A DNA stretch of 64,000 nucleotides from the NCBI GenBank assembly GCA_964456005.1, contig CAYWBG010000001.1, forward strand, positions 72 to 64,071, written 5' to 3'. This DNA is from an uncultured Halomonas sp. (GTDB taxonomy: Bacteria > Pseudomonadota > Gammaproteobacteria > Pseudomonadales > Halomonadaceae). Position 1 is the first letter of the stretch. Each line of letters begins with the position of its first letter. The notes under the pieces were generated by a model that saw only the letters and a program-made list of their open reading frames with translations, ran no database searches and was not told the DNA's origin. A program made the position numbers and the translations under genes. Shown piece by piece: positions 40,499 to 49,538 of this stretch.

Positions 40499-40753
40499 GG
40501 CCGGTCATAGCTCGACTCGATCCTGGCCCTTGGCGACGATGGGACTCGCCGTGCTCGCTTTCGATGACGGCGCGCAGCAGTCGCTGCCCGAGGGCTGACT
40601 CCGACTGCGTCACCATTCGCCGAGTGCTGGGCTGCGGATGATCAGAATATCCATCATTCCCCTGATTGCCGATATCTGATAGAAAACTAACGCATTCTCA
40701 TGACTGGTGATGTTCGTCTATCATGGCAGCGAATCGCGGTGAATGAGTACTTC

Positions 40754-41437
40754 ATGGATACCCCCAAGCAGAACCTCGGCATCAGCGCTTACCAGTGGCT
40801 CAAGCACGACATCATTCGTGGCGCCTTCCAGCCCGGTGAAAAGCTTCTGATGAGCCGCCTCAAGGAACGCTACGACCTCGGGGTGGGCCCCCTCCGCGAG
40901 GCTCTCTCCCAGTTGGTAGCGGAACGCCTGGTGGTCGCCATCAGCCAGCGCGGTTACCGAGTGGCGCCAATGTCGCTGGCCGAGCTCAATGACCTCTACG
41001 ATGCCCGCGCCCAGATCGAGGGGTTGGTACTCAAACTAGCCATCGAACGCGGTGACGACAGCTGGGAGGCTCGCATCATCGCCCGCGCTCATACCCTGGG
41101 CAAAGTGATGGAGGTCAACTCTCCTGAAGACCTCCTCGACGTCTGGGACAAACGCCACCAGGCGTTCCATACGGCCATCGCCAGCGGCTGCCGTTCGCCC
41201 CATCTGTTGCAGGTTCGCGAAAGTCTGTTCGATCAGGTGGAGCGCTACCGTCACCTGTGGCTGCGCGAGACGGTCTTCTCCGAGGAGGCTCTCGAGCGCA
41301 AGCGTCAGGAGCATTCGGCCCTGGTAGACGTCATCCTGGCCAGGCAGAGCGACACGGCAACCGAGATGATGCGCGAGCATTTGATGACACCGGTGCCGAT
41401 CATTACCGAGGCGATGCAGCGTAGTGGCCTGGCCTGA
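40754..41437 (+). CDS. csiR: GntR/FCD transcriptional regulator CsiR (GlaR)
   Basis: YQWLK.DIIRG.FQP.EKL.MS.L..RY.LGVGPLREALSQLVAERLV; FCD domain WD.RHQAFHTAI.SGC.S. Confidence 0.8.
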   Translation: MDTPKQNLGISAYQWLKHDIIRGAFQPGEKLLMSRLKERYDLGVGPLREALSQLVAERLVVAISQRGYRVAPMSLAELNDLYDARAQIEGLVLKLAIERGDDSWEARIIARAHTLGKVMEVNSPEDLLDVWDKRHQAFHTAIASGCRSPHLLQVRESLFDQVERYRHLWLRETVFSEEALERKRQEHSALVDVILARQSDTATEMMREHLMTPVPIITEAMQRSGLA

Positions 41438-41758
41438 TCAGCCGGCGAGCTTCAGGCCTACCAGCCCCGCCAGGATCAGCACCAGGCTGACGAGCCGCAG
41501 CGGAGAAACGCTATCTCCGTAGAGCAGGATACCCATCAACACGGTACCTATCGCCCCGATCCCCACCCAAATCGCGTAGGACGTTCCTACCGGCAGCACC
41601 TTCATCGCCTGGGCCAGCAGGAAGAAACTGGCCACCATGGCCAGCACGGTGGCAGTGCTGATCAACGGACGAGTCAACCCCTGGGAAGCCTTGAGCCCAA
41701 GCGCCCAGGCAACCTCCAGCAGACCGGCAATCACGAGATAGATCCACGCCAGGTTCAT
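41438..41758 (-). CDS. sugE: SMR family guanidinium exporter Gdx (SugE)
   Basis: W.YL.IAGLLEV.WA.GLK...G, LPVGTSYAIWVGIG; guanidine-II riboswitch upstream. Confidence 0.92.
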   Translation of the reverse strand: MNLAWIYLVIAGLLEVAWALGLKASQGLTRPLISTATVLAMVASFFLLAQAMKVLPVGTSYAIWVGIGAIGTVLMGILLYGDSVSPLRLVSLVLILAGLVGLKLAG

Positions 41759-41771
41759 AATGTCCCTTCAA

Positions 41772-41816
41772 GCGGGGTCGTCCCCACGATGCGAGGCGCC
41801 TGCCGGGTCGTCCCGC
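41772..41816 (-). ncRNA. Guanidine-II (mini-ykkC) riboswitch
   Basis: Minus strand has two GC-rich hairpins with ACGA loops (CGGG-ACGA-CCCG and GUGGGG-ACGA-CCCCGC) just upstream of the AAGGGA RBS. Confidence 0.92.
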
Positions 41817-41836
41817 GGCGAAAGTGACGGGATCGC

Positions 41837-41864
41837 AGTCTACCCCCTGCCGCGGCAGGGTCAA
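41837..41864 (-). promoter_or_regulatory. Candidate sigma70 promoter of gdx/sugE
   Basis: Minus strand TTGACC-N16-TAGACT, ~20 nt before the riboswitch. Confidence 0.6.
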
Positions 41865-41990
41865 GATACGCTCAAGCCCCGTCACGGTACCGTCATCTTA
41901 CGGTGTCAGACTTCAGAGGTGACAAGCTCGAACATGCGTTTTATCGTGTGTCTATCAGCCGCCCGTCACGGGCCCCATGGAGATCCCGTC

Positions 41991-42200
41991 ATGCCGCACC
42001 TACTGAGACTTCCCCGCGACCTCGAGGCGCGCCTCGAGCAGCTGAGTCAGCAGACCGGCCTGAGCAAGACGGTGCTGATCGAGCAGTGCCTGGCCGAGGG
42101 GCTCGCCGGACTGGAGGGCCAGCTGCTGGAGGAGGCCAACCAGCCCCGTGCCGAGCGCACCATCGACCAGCTCCTGCGCGAAAGTGGCTTGGGCGCCTGA
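41991..42200 (+). CDS. Small ribbon-helix-helix (CopG-like) protein
   Basis: LRLP.DLEARLEQLS.QTG.SKT.LI...L pattern; GGAG RBS. Confidence 0.7.
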   Translation: MPHLLRLPRDLEARLEQLSQQTGLSKTVLIEQCLAEGLAGLEGQLLEEANQPRAERTIDQLLRESGLGA

Positions 42201-42248
42201 CCCAGGCTGATATAGCCGCCTTGCCTGGGCCCTGCCAAGGCATCAGCG

Positions 42249-43196
42249 TTAAGCGACGCTGGCCAGGAAGCGACGCTGTTCGGCCAGGCAGCGTTCTCGG
42301 GAGGCGGCCTCCAGGTACACTTCCTGGCCCGGCAGACACTGGGCCAGGCGCGAAGCCGCCAGCGGCGTCAGCGCCCCCAGGCGTGGATAGCCTCCAATGG
42401 TCTGGCGGTCGTTGAGCAGCGCGATGGGCTGTCCATCCGGCGGCACCTGCACCGCCCCCAGGCCGAGCCCCTCGGAGATCATCGAGGCGATCTGACACTG
42501 CAACGTCGGCCCGGTAAGGCGCACGCCCATGCGATCGGCCCGATCATCGACTCGCCAGGCGGCATTGAAAGCCCGATAGAGGCTCGGCCCGGTGAAGTCA
42601 CCCACCTGGGCTCCCGGCAGCAGTGCCAGCCGGGCAGGTAGTCCATAATCGACGCGCGCCTCCTCGAGCGCAGCACCCTCGGGCACCGCCCTACCGGTCG
42701 TATTTCCTACCCCCAGCCGATCCCCTTCGGCCAGCTTGCTGCCCCGGGTGTCGAACCCGCCGAGCCCCTCGCGCACCACGCAGCTGACGCTGCCCAGCAC
42801 CGGCTCGGCGACAAACCCTCCGGCCACTGCCAGGTAGGCCCGCAGTCCATTTACCGGTGTGGCGAAGGCAAGCGTCTGGCCCTCGCGAACGCGTACCGGC
42901 CTCCACAGCGGCAGCGGTTTCCCTTCCAGGGTGGCACCGAGATCCGCACCGGCCACCGCCACACTCAGGTCGCGCTCGGCCACGAGGGTCAGCCCGCCGA
43001 AAGTGATCTCCAGTGCGCCAGCTCCCCAGGTATTACCTGCCAGGTAGTTAGCCCAGGCCCAGCCGTGAAGATCGGCCGGTCCGCCCTGGGTCACGCCCAG
43101 GCGACGCACGCCAAAGCGCCCTGCATCCTGTAGTAGCGCCAGGGGGCCAGCACGAGCTACACGAAAACCGATAACGGTATATTTATTGTTGACCAC
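42249..43196 (-). CDS. pxpC: 5-oxoprolinase subunit C
   Basis: LQDAGR.G...GV..GGPAD, ALEIT.GG, GLRAYLAVAGG, DRMG.RL, QVPPDGQPI.LL.DRQTIGGYP. Confidence 0.9.
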   Translation of the reverse strand: MVNNKYTVIGFRVARAGPLALLQDAGRFGVRRLGVTQGGPADLHGWAWANYLAGNTWGAGALEITFGGLTLVAERDLSVAVAGADLGATLEGKPLPLWRPVRVREGQTLAFATPVNGLRAYLAVAGGFVAEPVLGSVSCVVREGLGGFDTRGSKLAEGDRLGVGNTTGRAVPEGAALEEARVDYGLPARLALLPGAQVGDFTGPSLYRAFNAAWRVDDRADRMGVRLTGPTLQCQIASMISEGLGLGAVQVPPDGQPIALLNDRQTIGGYPRLGALTPLAASRLAQCLPGQEVYLEAASRERCLAEQRRFLASVA

Positions 43197-43198
43197 TC

Positions 43199-43927
43199 TT
43201 ATCTCCCCGTCTCCATGGGGGTAGCATCGCCCCCCTCCGACTCGAAGGTCGTCCGGTCCACCGGGACGAACCGCACCCGGTCCCCCACGCGCAGCAGGCT
43301 GAAGCCGTCGCGGTCACGATCGAACAGCCGCGCCGAGGTCCGCCCGAGCAGGTTCCAGCCCCCGGGAGTGACCGCCGGATAGGCCGCCGTCTGTCGCCCG
43401 GCGATGGCGACGCTGTTGAACGGCACCCGCTGGCGAGGCGTCTCGAGCCGCGGCACCTCCAGGCGTTCATCCAGCAGCCCCATGAAGGCGAAGCCGGGGG
43501 CAAAGCCCAGGGCGAAGACGCGGTAGTCGGTGCCGGCGTGGCAGTCGATCACCGCCTCGATGGAGAGCCCGGTATGCTCCGCCACCCGGGCCAGGTCTGG
43601 GCCGACGCTGGCGTCATACCAGGTCGGCAGCTCATGTATCTCCCCCGCCGCCGCCTCCTCGTCGGGCGCCAGGTCCTGGAGCAGCTGCGCCAGCCGGTGT
43701 CGCGCCGTTTCCGGGGCCAGGCGCAGCGGATCGAAGACCACCAGAAGCGTCGTATAGGACGGCACCAGATCCACCAGCGCCTCTCCTAACGCTGCCTCAC
43801 AGCGCCGGTTCAGGGCGGCCAGCCAGGGCAGGTTGGCCTCGTCGATACGGTCGAAGAGCCGGACCAGCCAGGCGTCGAGGCCGGCGGATTCGATCCTCGG
43901 CAGGGTCATGGCAGCGACACGACTCAT
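43199..43927 (-). CDS. pxpB: 5-oxoprolinase subunit B
   Basis: [55 protein letters not shown]. Confidence 0.92.
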   Translation of the reverse strand: MSRVAAMTLPRIESAGLDAWLVRLFDRIDEANLPWLAALNRRCEAALGEALVDLVPSYTTLLVVFDPLRLAPETARHRLAQLLQDLAPDEEAAAGEIHELPTWYDASVGPDLARVAEHTGLSIEAVIDCHAGTDYRVFALGFAPGFAFMGLLDERLEVPRLETPRQRVPFNSVAIAGRQTAAYPAVTPGGWNLLGRTSARLFDRDRDGFSLLRVGDRVRFVPVDRTTFESEGGDATPMETGR

Positions 43928-44679
43928 GAAGCCGACTCGAGATCGCCCAGGGCCTGGCGGATCGCCTTCACCGCGGCGACGGACTCGGGGTTGTCGCCGT
44001 GAACGCAGAGAGTATCGGCGACCAGGACCAGCTCGCTGCCGTCGCTGGCGATCAGGGGAAGCCCCCGGGCGATGCGTGTCGCCTGGTCGACGATGACCTC
44101 GGGATCATGGTGGACCGCCCCCACCTCGCGACGGGACACCAGCCGCCCCTCGCCATCGTAGGCGCGATCGGCGAAGGCCTCGAACCACAGGGTGACGCCG
44201 TGCTCGGCCGCCAGTTCGCTCGCCGCCGAGGAATCCCGGGTCGCCATGGTCATCAGCGGCAGCGCGGGATCGAAGGCCAGGATCGCCCGCATCACCGCCG
44301 AGAGAATCTCCGGGTCGCGGGCCATATCGTTGTAGAGCGCGCCGTGGGGCTTCACGTAGCTGACCGCGAGCCCCTCCGCACGGCACAGCCCCGCCAGGGC
44401 CCCCAGCTGGTAGAGCACCAAGTTCTCGATCTCCTCGGAGGAGCAGGCCAGCGAACGGCGACCGAAACCCACCATGTCGGGATAGGCCGGGTGGGCACCG
44501 ACCCTGACCCCGTGCTTGCGGGCCAAGCGCACCGTCATGCGGATCACATCGGGGTCCGAAGCGTGAAAGCCACAGGCGACGTTGGCCAGGTCGACGTGGG
44601 GCATCACCTCGTGATCCATACCCATCACCCAGGCGCCGAAGCTTTCGCCCATGTCGGCATTGAGCAGGATAGCGGTCAT
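43924..44679 (-). CDS. pxpA: 5-oxoprolinase subunit A (LamB/YcsF)
   Basis: [55 protein letters not shown]. Confidence 0.95.
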   Translation of the reverse strand: MTAILLNADMGESFGAWVMGMDHEVMPHVDLANVACGFHASDPDVIRMTVRLARKHGVRVGAHPAYPDMVGFGRRSLACSSEEIENLVLYQLGALAGLCRAEGLAVSYVKPHGALYNDMARDPEILSAVMRAILAFDPALPLMTMATRDSSAASELAAEHGVTLWFEAFADRAYDGEGRLVSRREVGAVHHDPEVIVDQATRIARGLPLIASDGSELVLVADTLCVHGDNPESVAAVKAIRQALGDLESAS

Positions 44680-44763
44680 GAATTACCTCCTTGCAAAGCA
44701 GGCTTTTGGCCAAGAGGCCAGGCGACACGATGCCCGACTCTCTAGCGGCCTTGTAATGGCTCT

Positions 44764-45942
44764 CTAGAAGATGTTGGACCGTTCGTACTGCCTTGGCCAC
44801 TCCACGTTCCGCGCCTTGAGCGCTGCGGCGGCCCGCAACGGCCAGACCGGATCGGCAAGCAGAGCGCGGCCGAGAATCACCAGGTCGGCCTGTCCGTTGG
44901 CGATCACCGACTCGGCAAGATCGGGACTGTGAATCAGACCGACGGCGCCGGTCGCGATCTCAGCTCTGGCACGTACGTCCTGGGCCAGGGGAATCTGATA
45001 GCCGGGATGGATGGGGATCGACTGGCTAGGGTCGTTGCCTCCCGAAGAGCAGTCGATCAGGTCGATCTGACCACGCTCCCTGAGCAGCGAGGCGAGTCGT
45101 ACGGTCTGCTCGAGATCCCAGCCACCCTCGACCCAGTCAGTACAGGAGAGGCGCAGGAACAGTGGCAACTCCTCCGGCCACTCCGCTCGGGTCGCCTCGA
45201 TCGACTCGAGCAGGAAACGAATGCGCTTCTCGAAGCTGCCGCCATAGGCATCATCGCGCCGATTGCTGAGCGGCGACAGGAACTGGTGAATCAGATAGCC
45301 GTGGGCACCATGCAGTTCCAGGGCCTTGAACCCCGCCTCTCGAGCGCGACGTACGCTGGCCTTGAGACTGGCGATGGACTCGCCGATCTGGTCCAGTGAC
45401 ATGGCCTCGGGAGTCGCCCAGCCACGCGCGTAGGGCAGCGCCGAGGCGGAGACCAGATCCTCCCATCCGCCCTCGGCAGGCGTCAGGGGTCTAGTCCCCT
45501 CCCAGGGGCGACCGACAGAGGCCTTGCGTCCGGCGTGGCCCAACTGGATCCCCGGCACAGCCCCCTGGGAAGCGATAAAGGCCGCGATGCGTGCCAAACG
45601 ATCACGCTGCTCATCGTTCCAGAGTCCGAGGCACTGAGGGGTAATCCTTCCCCTGGGCTCGATATGCACCGCCTCTGTAAATACCCAGCCAGCACCACCG
45701 GCTGCCCTGGCCCCGAGATGCATGAAATGCCAGTCATTGGACAGCCCGTCACTCCCGGAATACTGGCACATGGGAGAGAGCATGATCCGGTTGCGAGCCC
45801 TGACCGATCGAAACTGCACGGGGCGAAAGAGATGGGGATCGGGGTCGCGACGCAGTATCCGACGCTCGTCTTCCCCGCCGGAGCGAGAGTCGATGACGTC
45901 TTCAGTCTCCTCTGGGTTCGAGGCTCGATCGGTCATTAGCAT
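44764..45942 (-). CDS. NADH:flavin oxidoreductase, Old Yellow Enzyme family (YqjM/XenA class)
   Basis: NRIMLSPMCQYS, QLGHAGRKAS, ELHGAHGYLIHQFLSPLSN.R.D.YGG, C-terminal WPRQYER. Confidence 0.92.
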   Translation of the reverse strand: MLMTDRASNPEETEDVIDSRSGGEDERRILRRDPDPHLFRPVQFRSVRARNRIMLSPMCQYSGSDGLSNDWHFMHLGARAAGGAGWVFTEAVHIEPRGRITPQCLGLWNDEQRDRLARIAAFIASQGAVPGIQLGHAGRKASVGRPWEGTRPLTPAEGGWEDLVSASALPYARGWATPEAMSLDQIGESIASLKASVRRAREAGFKALELHGAHGYLIHQFLSPLSNRRDDAYGGSFEKRIRFLLESIEATRAEWPEELPLFLRLSCTDWVEGGWDLEQTVRLASLLRERGQIDLIDCSSGGNDPSQSIPIHPGYQIPLAQDVRARAEIATGAVGLIHSPDLAESVIANGQADLVILGRALLADPVWPLRAAAALKARNVEWPRQYERSNIF

Positions 45943-45951
45943 GAATCCTTA

Positions 45952-46779
45952 TCATTGTGTTTTGTTACCGCGATCGACGGCGCCGTATCTGGTGGCACAG
46001 TCACGCCGGAATCGCCACTGACTCACCATAAAGAGCATCGCGCTGACGCTCATTGATGCCATTAGCGAGAGCAGGAAGACCACCATCGGGGGAAGATGGC
46101 CGACCAGGGTGGCGGTCACCACGCCGAAGGCGACCAGGCTCAGCATGCCCTTCTGGGCCATGCTCACGGTGGCACGCGCCACATCAGGCCCATAACGCTC
46201 ATGCAGGGTCCAGCCGATGGTGAACAGCCCCACCGGGAAGCCTACCAACATGCCGGAAAGCAGCGGCCCCGACTTGACCGCCAGGGTGGTCGCCACGCTC
46301 ACCAGAACACCCGCAAGCAATCCGCGCAGCACCAGATCAAACCAGCCGGAGTGGGCCACGATGATTGGCTGTCGCAACCTCAGCGCCCGCCTGACTCCCT
46401 CTGCCAGCAGCAGCATGCCCAGGTACATCAAAACCGCGACCCAGACGCCGCCCGACACCCGCGAGAACAACAGCGCCGCGGGAATCCAGCACAGCGTGGC
46501 GATGCCCAGGCTGGGCAACGCGCCCAACCGTCCGGCCGTCACCACGAAGCTGATGCTAAACAGCAGAGTGGCAACCAGGGCATGCAGCGTCGACAGGGCG
46601 GCGACCTGGATGAACGCCGGCGAATGCTCCTGAAGCATGAAAAAGTAGCCGGGCCCCAGGACAATGGGTGTCCCGGCGATGATGCCGCCCAGCCGCGGCC
46701 CTAGCTTGCCGACCACCAGCGACACCCCGATCACCACTACCGCGGTCGCGACCAGCTTGGTAAACAGGATGATCAGCAT
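45952..46779 (-). CDS. Uncharacterised polytopic membrane protein with two internal repeats
   Basis: About 9-10 hydrophobic segments; repeats KLGPRLGGIIAGTP and KSGPLLSGMLVGFP; tightly packed in the operon. Confidence 0.75.
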   Translation of the reverse strand: MLIILFTKLVATAVVVIGVSLVVGKLGPRLGGIIAGTPIVLGPGYFFMLQEHSPAFIQVAALSTLHALVATLLFSISFVVTAGRLGALPSLGIATLCWIPAALLFSRVSGGVWVAVLMYLGMLLLAEGVRRALRLRQPIIVAHSGWFDLVLRGLLAGVLVSVATTLAVKSGPLLSGMLVGFPVGLFTIGWTLHERYGPDVARATVSMAQKGMLSLVAFGVVTATLVGHLPPMVVFLLSLMASMSVSAMLFMVSQWRFRRDCATRYGAVDRGNKTQ

Positions 46780-46786
46780 TGGGCTT

Positions 46787-47464
46787 TCAAGCGATCACCG
46801 GTAGCGTCTGTACCCGGTAACGATGCTCCAGGAAACGGCCACGGACTGGATCCTCGAGCACCATGCGGAATGCCTCGGCGGCGCGCACGCCACCGATCAC
46901 CGGCAGAGTGCCACACAGCATGACCTGGCCGGGTTCCAATCGTGTCTGTTCGAATCCAAAGCGTCCCAGCAGTTCGCCCGGAGGCAATAGCCCTGTCACG
47001 CCTCCCTGCTGGTAGAGAACCTCCTCCCCGTCGATGGTGGCGTAAGAGGTCATCTTCAGCTCGTCCCAGTGGTCGATCACCTCCTCGAGCCGCCACACCT
47101 GCCGACTTACCGGCTTGGCGCAGACCTGCTTGGAGTGCGCCACCGACCAGGCCTCTGCTTCCCGATCGGTATGGTCGGAGCCGATACCCACCAAAGTGCC
47201 CTCCGGCGAGCCGATCAGGACCACTTCCACTTCACCGCTGCTGGCCTCGCCCAGCACCTGAATGGTGTCGGCAGTGGTCAGCTGATCAGCGGAGACGCGA
47301 TAGAACAGCGGCGTGCAGGAGGGCGGGGTGACCCCGATCTCCTTGAGCTCTTCGATATGCTCGTCGATGGCTGCTTGCTCGCGGCCGGCCCACCCCGCAA
47401 TGATCAGTTCTCGGGTATTGAGCTCCAGGGAATCACCGCTATCCGCCAGTTGAAATATCGTCAT
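46787..47464 (-). CDS. DUF2848 family protein (fumarylacetoacetate-hydrolase-like)
   Basis: IAGWAGR..AAI..HIEEL..IGV.PP...P.FYRVS, SSGEVE, GSDHTDRE.E..SVA.SKQVC.KP; RBS AGGAG. Confidence 0.82.
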   Translation of the reverse strand: MTIFQLADSGDSLELNTRELIIAGWAGREQAAIDEHIEELKEIGVTPPSCTPLFYRVSADQLTTADTIQVLGEASSGEVEVVLIGSPEGTLVGIGSDHTDREAEAWSVAHSKQVCAKPVSRQVWRLEEVIDHWDELKMTSYATIDGEEVLYQQGGVTGLLPPGELLGRFGFEQTRLEPGQVMLCGTLPVIGGVRAAEAFRMVLEDPVRGRFLEHRYRVQTLPVIA

Positions 47465-47567
47465 GCAATAACTCCTGTGTCGGGACTTGATGTGATGTGC
47501 CGGGACTGCCTGTCGAAAGGTCTCGTCGAGGCAGCTCGGAAGGAATGAAACGCTCATCGTGTCCCGA

Positions 47568-48851
47568 TCAGCCCAGCAGGTTCGGCAGGTACATGGCCAA
47601 CGCCGGGAAAAGAATCAACAGGATGGCCATCATGAACATGAAGCCGACATAGGGCATGGCCCCTAGCATCACATCGTTGAAGGAACCGCCCTGCCTCACT
47701 CCCTGGACCACATAGAGATTGAGCCCCACCGGCGGTGTGATCAATGCCATCTCGATCAGCAGGATCAGCAGGATGCCGAACCACACCGGATCAAACCCCA
47801 TGCCAATGATGATGGGAGCAACAATCGGTATCGTGATGACCATCAGCGACAGCGTCTCGATGAAGAAACCGAGCACGATGTAAAGCGCAATCACCAGCAT
47901 CAGTGTGGCATAGGGCCCGAGCCCTGCTGCCTCCAGGAAGCCGGTCAGCTCGCGGGTCACCCCGGTGGAGGCGAGCACGAAGTTGAGGAAATAGGAGGCG
48001 ATGATGATCAGCATGATCATGCCCGTGGTGCGCATGGTGCCATCCAGTGCCTGGACGATGATCGAGAGCGACAGCTTGCGCATGGACGCAGCGATCAGCA
48101 GCGCCCCGATCACCCCGAGCGATGCCGCTTCGGTCGGCGTCGCCCATCCGGCGTAGATTGACCCCACCACCACGCCGAACAGGATCAGCACCGGCAATAG
48201 ATGCCTGAGGCCTGAAATGCGTTCTGACCAGGAGTGGGAACTGCTGGGCCCCCCGAGGCTCGGACGCCACATGCAGATCAGCGCAGTACCCGCCATGAAC
48301 AGCAGCGCCAGCAGCAGCCCGGGCACTAGCCCGGCAGCGAACAGCCTGGGGATCGAGGTCTCGGTCAAAAAGCCGTAGACGATCAGGTTGATCGAGGGAG
48401 GAATCATGATACCCAGAGTGCCCCCGGCCGCGATTGAGCCGGTAAACAGCTTGGGATCGTAGTTCATCTCCTTACCCTGGGGGAGCGCCACGGTGCCGAT
48501 AGTCGCCGCGGTGGCGACACTGGAACCGGACGTCGCCGAGAAAAGGGTTGCCGTGCCAATGTTGGCATGCAGCAGGCCGCCTGGCAGCCAGGAGAGCCAG
48601 CTTTCCAGCGCTCGATAGGTGCCCTTGGCAATCCCGGTTCGCACCAGGATTTCACCTAACAGAATAAACAGGGGAATCGCAATCAGCAGGAAGCTATCCG
48701 ACGCCGACCAGATGACATCGCCCATGGCGCGGGAAAGGGGAAAGGGGGAGAAAAACTCGTCGAGGAACAAACCAAGCATGATCAGCGTGGCAGCCACCGG
48801 AATACTCAACACCAACAGCACGAGCAGGATCAGCAGAGTCGTAAGGATCAT
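47568..48851 (-). CDS. TRAP transporter large permease DctM
   Basis: LIAIPLFIL.GEIL, SGSSVATAA.IG, AAGGTLGIMIPPS, ATPTEA, ITPPVGLNLYV. Confidence 0.93.
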   Translation of the reverse strand: MILTTLLILLVLLVLSIPVAATLIMLGLFLDEFFSPFPLSRAMGDVIWSASDSFLLIAIPLFILLGEILVRTGIAKGTYRALESWLSWLPGGLLHANIGTATLFSATSGSSVATAATIGTVALPQGKEMNYDPKLFTGSIAAGGTLGIMIPPSINLIVYGFLTETSIPRLFAAGLVPGLLLALLFMAGTALICMWRPSLGGPSSSHSWSERISGLRHLLPVLILFGVVVGSIYAGWATPTEAASLGVIGALLIAASMRKLSLSIIVQALDGTMRTTGMIMLIIIASYFLNFVLASTGVTRELTGFLEAAGLGPYATLMLVIALYIVLGFFIETLSLMVITIPIVAPIIIGMGFDPVWFGILLILLIEMALITPPVGLNLYVVQGVRQGGSFNDVMLGAMPYVGFMFMMAILLILFPALAMYLPNLLG

Positions 48852-49444
48852 GAGCTAGCCTCGTGGTTTTCATGGCTGATCTGTTCGTCGAGTGTCGGAC
48901 TGCCCGCAAGCTTCTGAACGCCTTCCGTATCACCCGCCAAGAGGCCCAGCAGGACACGAAACGCCATCAGGCTAACCGCCAGAGTGAACCAGGCAAGGCC
49001 GAGCACCCACAGGAATTGCGGGATCCATATGGGTGTTCCCAGCGGCGTATTGGCTCGGGCGCCACCGGTGAAGGAGTCCTTGGCGACCTCGAAGGCGGCC
49101 CCCGCCACGAGTACGCAGAACCACGCCATGGCCAGCAGGGCGAGAAGGTCCAGTAGGCCGCGAACGCGAATGGGGAAGGTGAGATAAAGCGCATCGATGC
49201 GGATATGCGCCTTGCGCATCAGCGTATAGGCAAACGCCCAACTGGTGCTAATTGCCATGACATAACCAGTCAGTTCGGTGGCATGGACTGCGGAACGCCC
49301 CATGAACTGGCGTGAAAACACCTCGATGGTCACCAGGGCCACGGTCATGAGGATCAACACGCCCCCTGCCCGCGCCATCCATAAAGAGCCCACCTGCATA
49401 CCGCCAAGTAGCCGGTCGAGAGTGGTGTTGACCCGTTTAAGCAT
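48848..49444 (-). CDS. TRAP transporter small permease DctQ
   Basis: 4 TM segments, E.TGY...S.AFAYTL...AHIRID, P.WIPQ. Confidence 0.9.
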   Translation of the reverse strand: MLKRVNTTLDRLLGGMQVGSLWMARAGGVLILMTVALVTIEVFSRQFMGRSAVHATELTGYVMAISTSWAFAYTLMRKAHIRIDALYLTFPIRVRGLLDLLALLAMAWFCVLVAGAAFEVAKDSFTGGARANTPLGTPIWIPQFLWVLGLAWFTLAVSLMAFRVLLGLLAGDTEGVQKLAGSPTLDEQISHENHEASS

Positions 49445-49538
49445 GTGTCTCTCCAAGGCGAAGCCGGGCTGCCATGCAGCCCGGTCGCCAATGGTTGGTC
49501 GAACACGTTCGGCTCGAGCCGAACGTGTCCGCGGGCGC

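Noticed and set aside
43160-43205. AT-rich patch at the pxpB/pxpC junction as a possible internal promoter or insertion scar
   Set aside because: It is short, the reading frame stays intact, and no convincing -35/-10 pair or flanking repeat was found.
41438-43927. Guanidine/urea carboxylase pathway (guanidine riboswitch close to allophanate-hydrolase-like subunits)
   Set aside because: These genes are pxpB/pxpC coupled to pxpA. There is no biotin carboxylase or carboxyguanidine deiminase, and the riboswitch has its own promoter serving only gdx.
44697-44713. Sigma54-like TGGC...TGC (GG-N10-GC) motif upstream of pxpA on the minus strand
   Set aside because: The implied transcription start would fall inside the ribosome-binding site, and the -24 element is a poor match.
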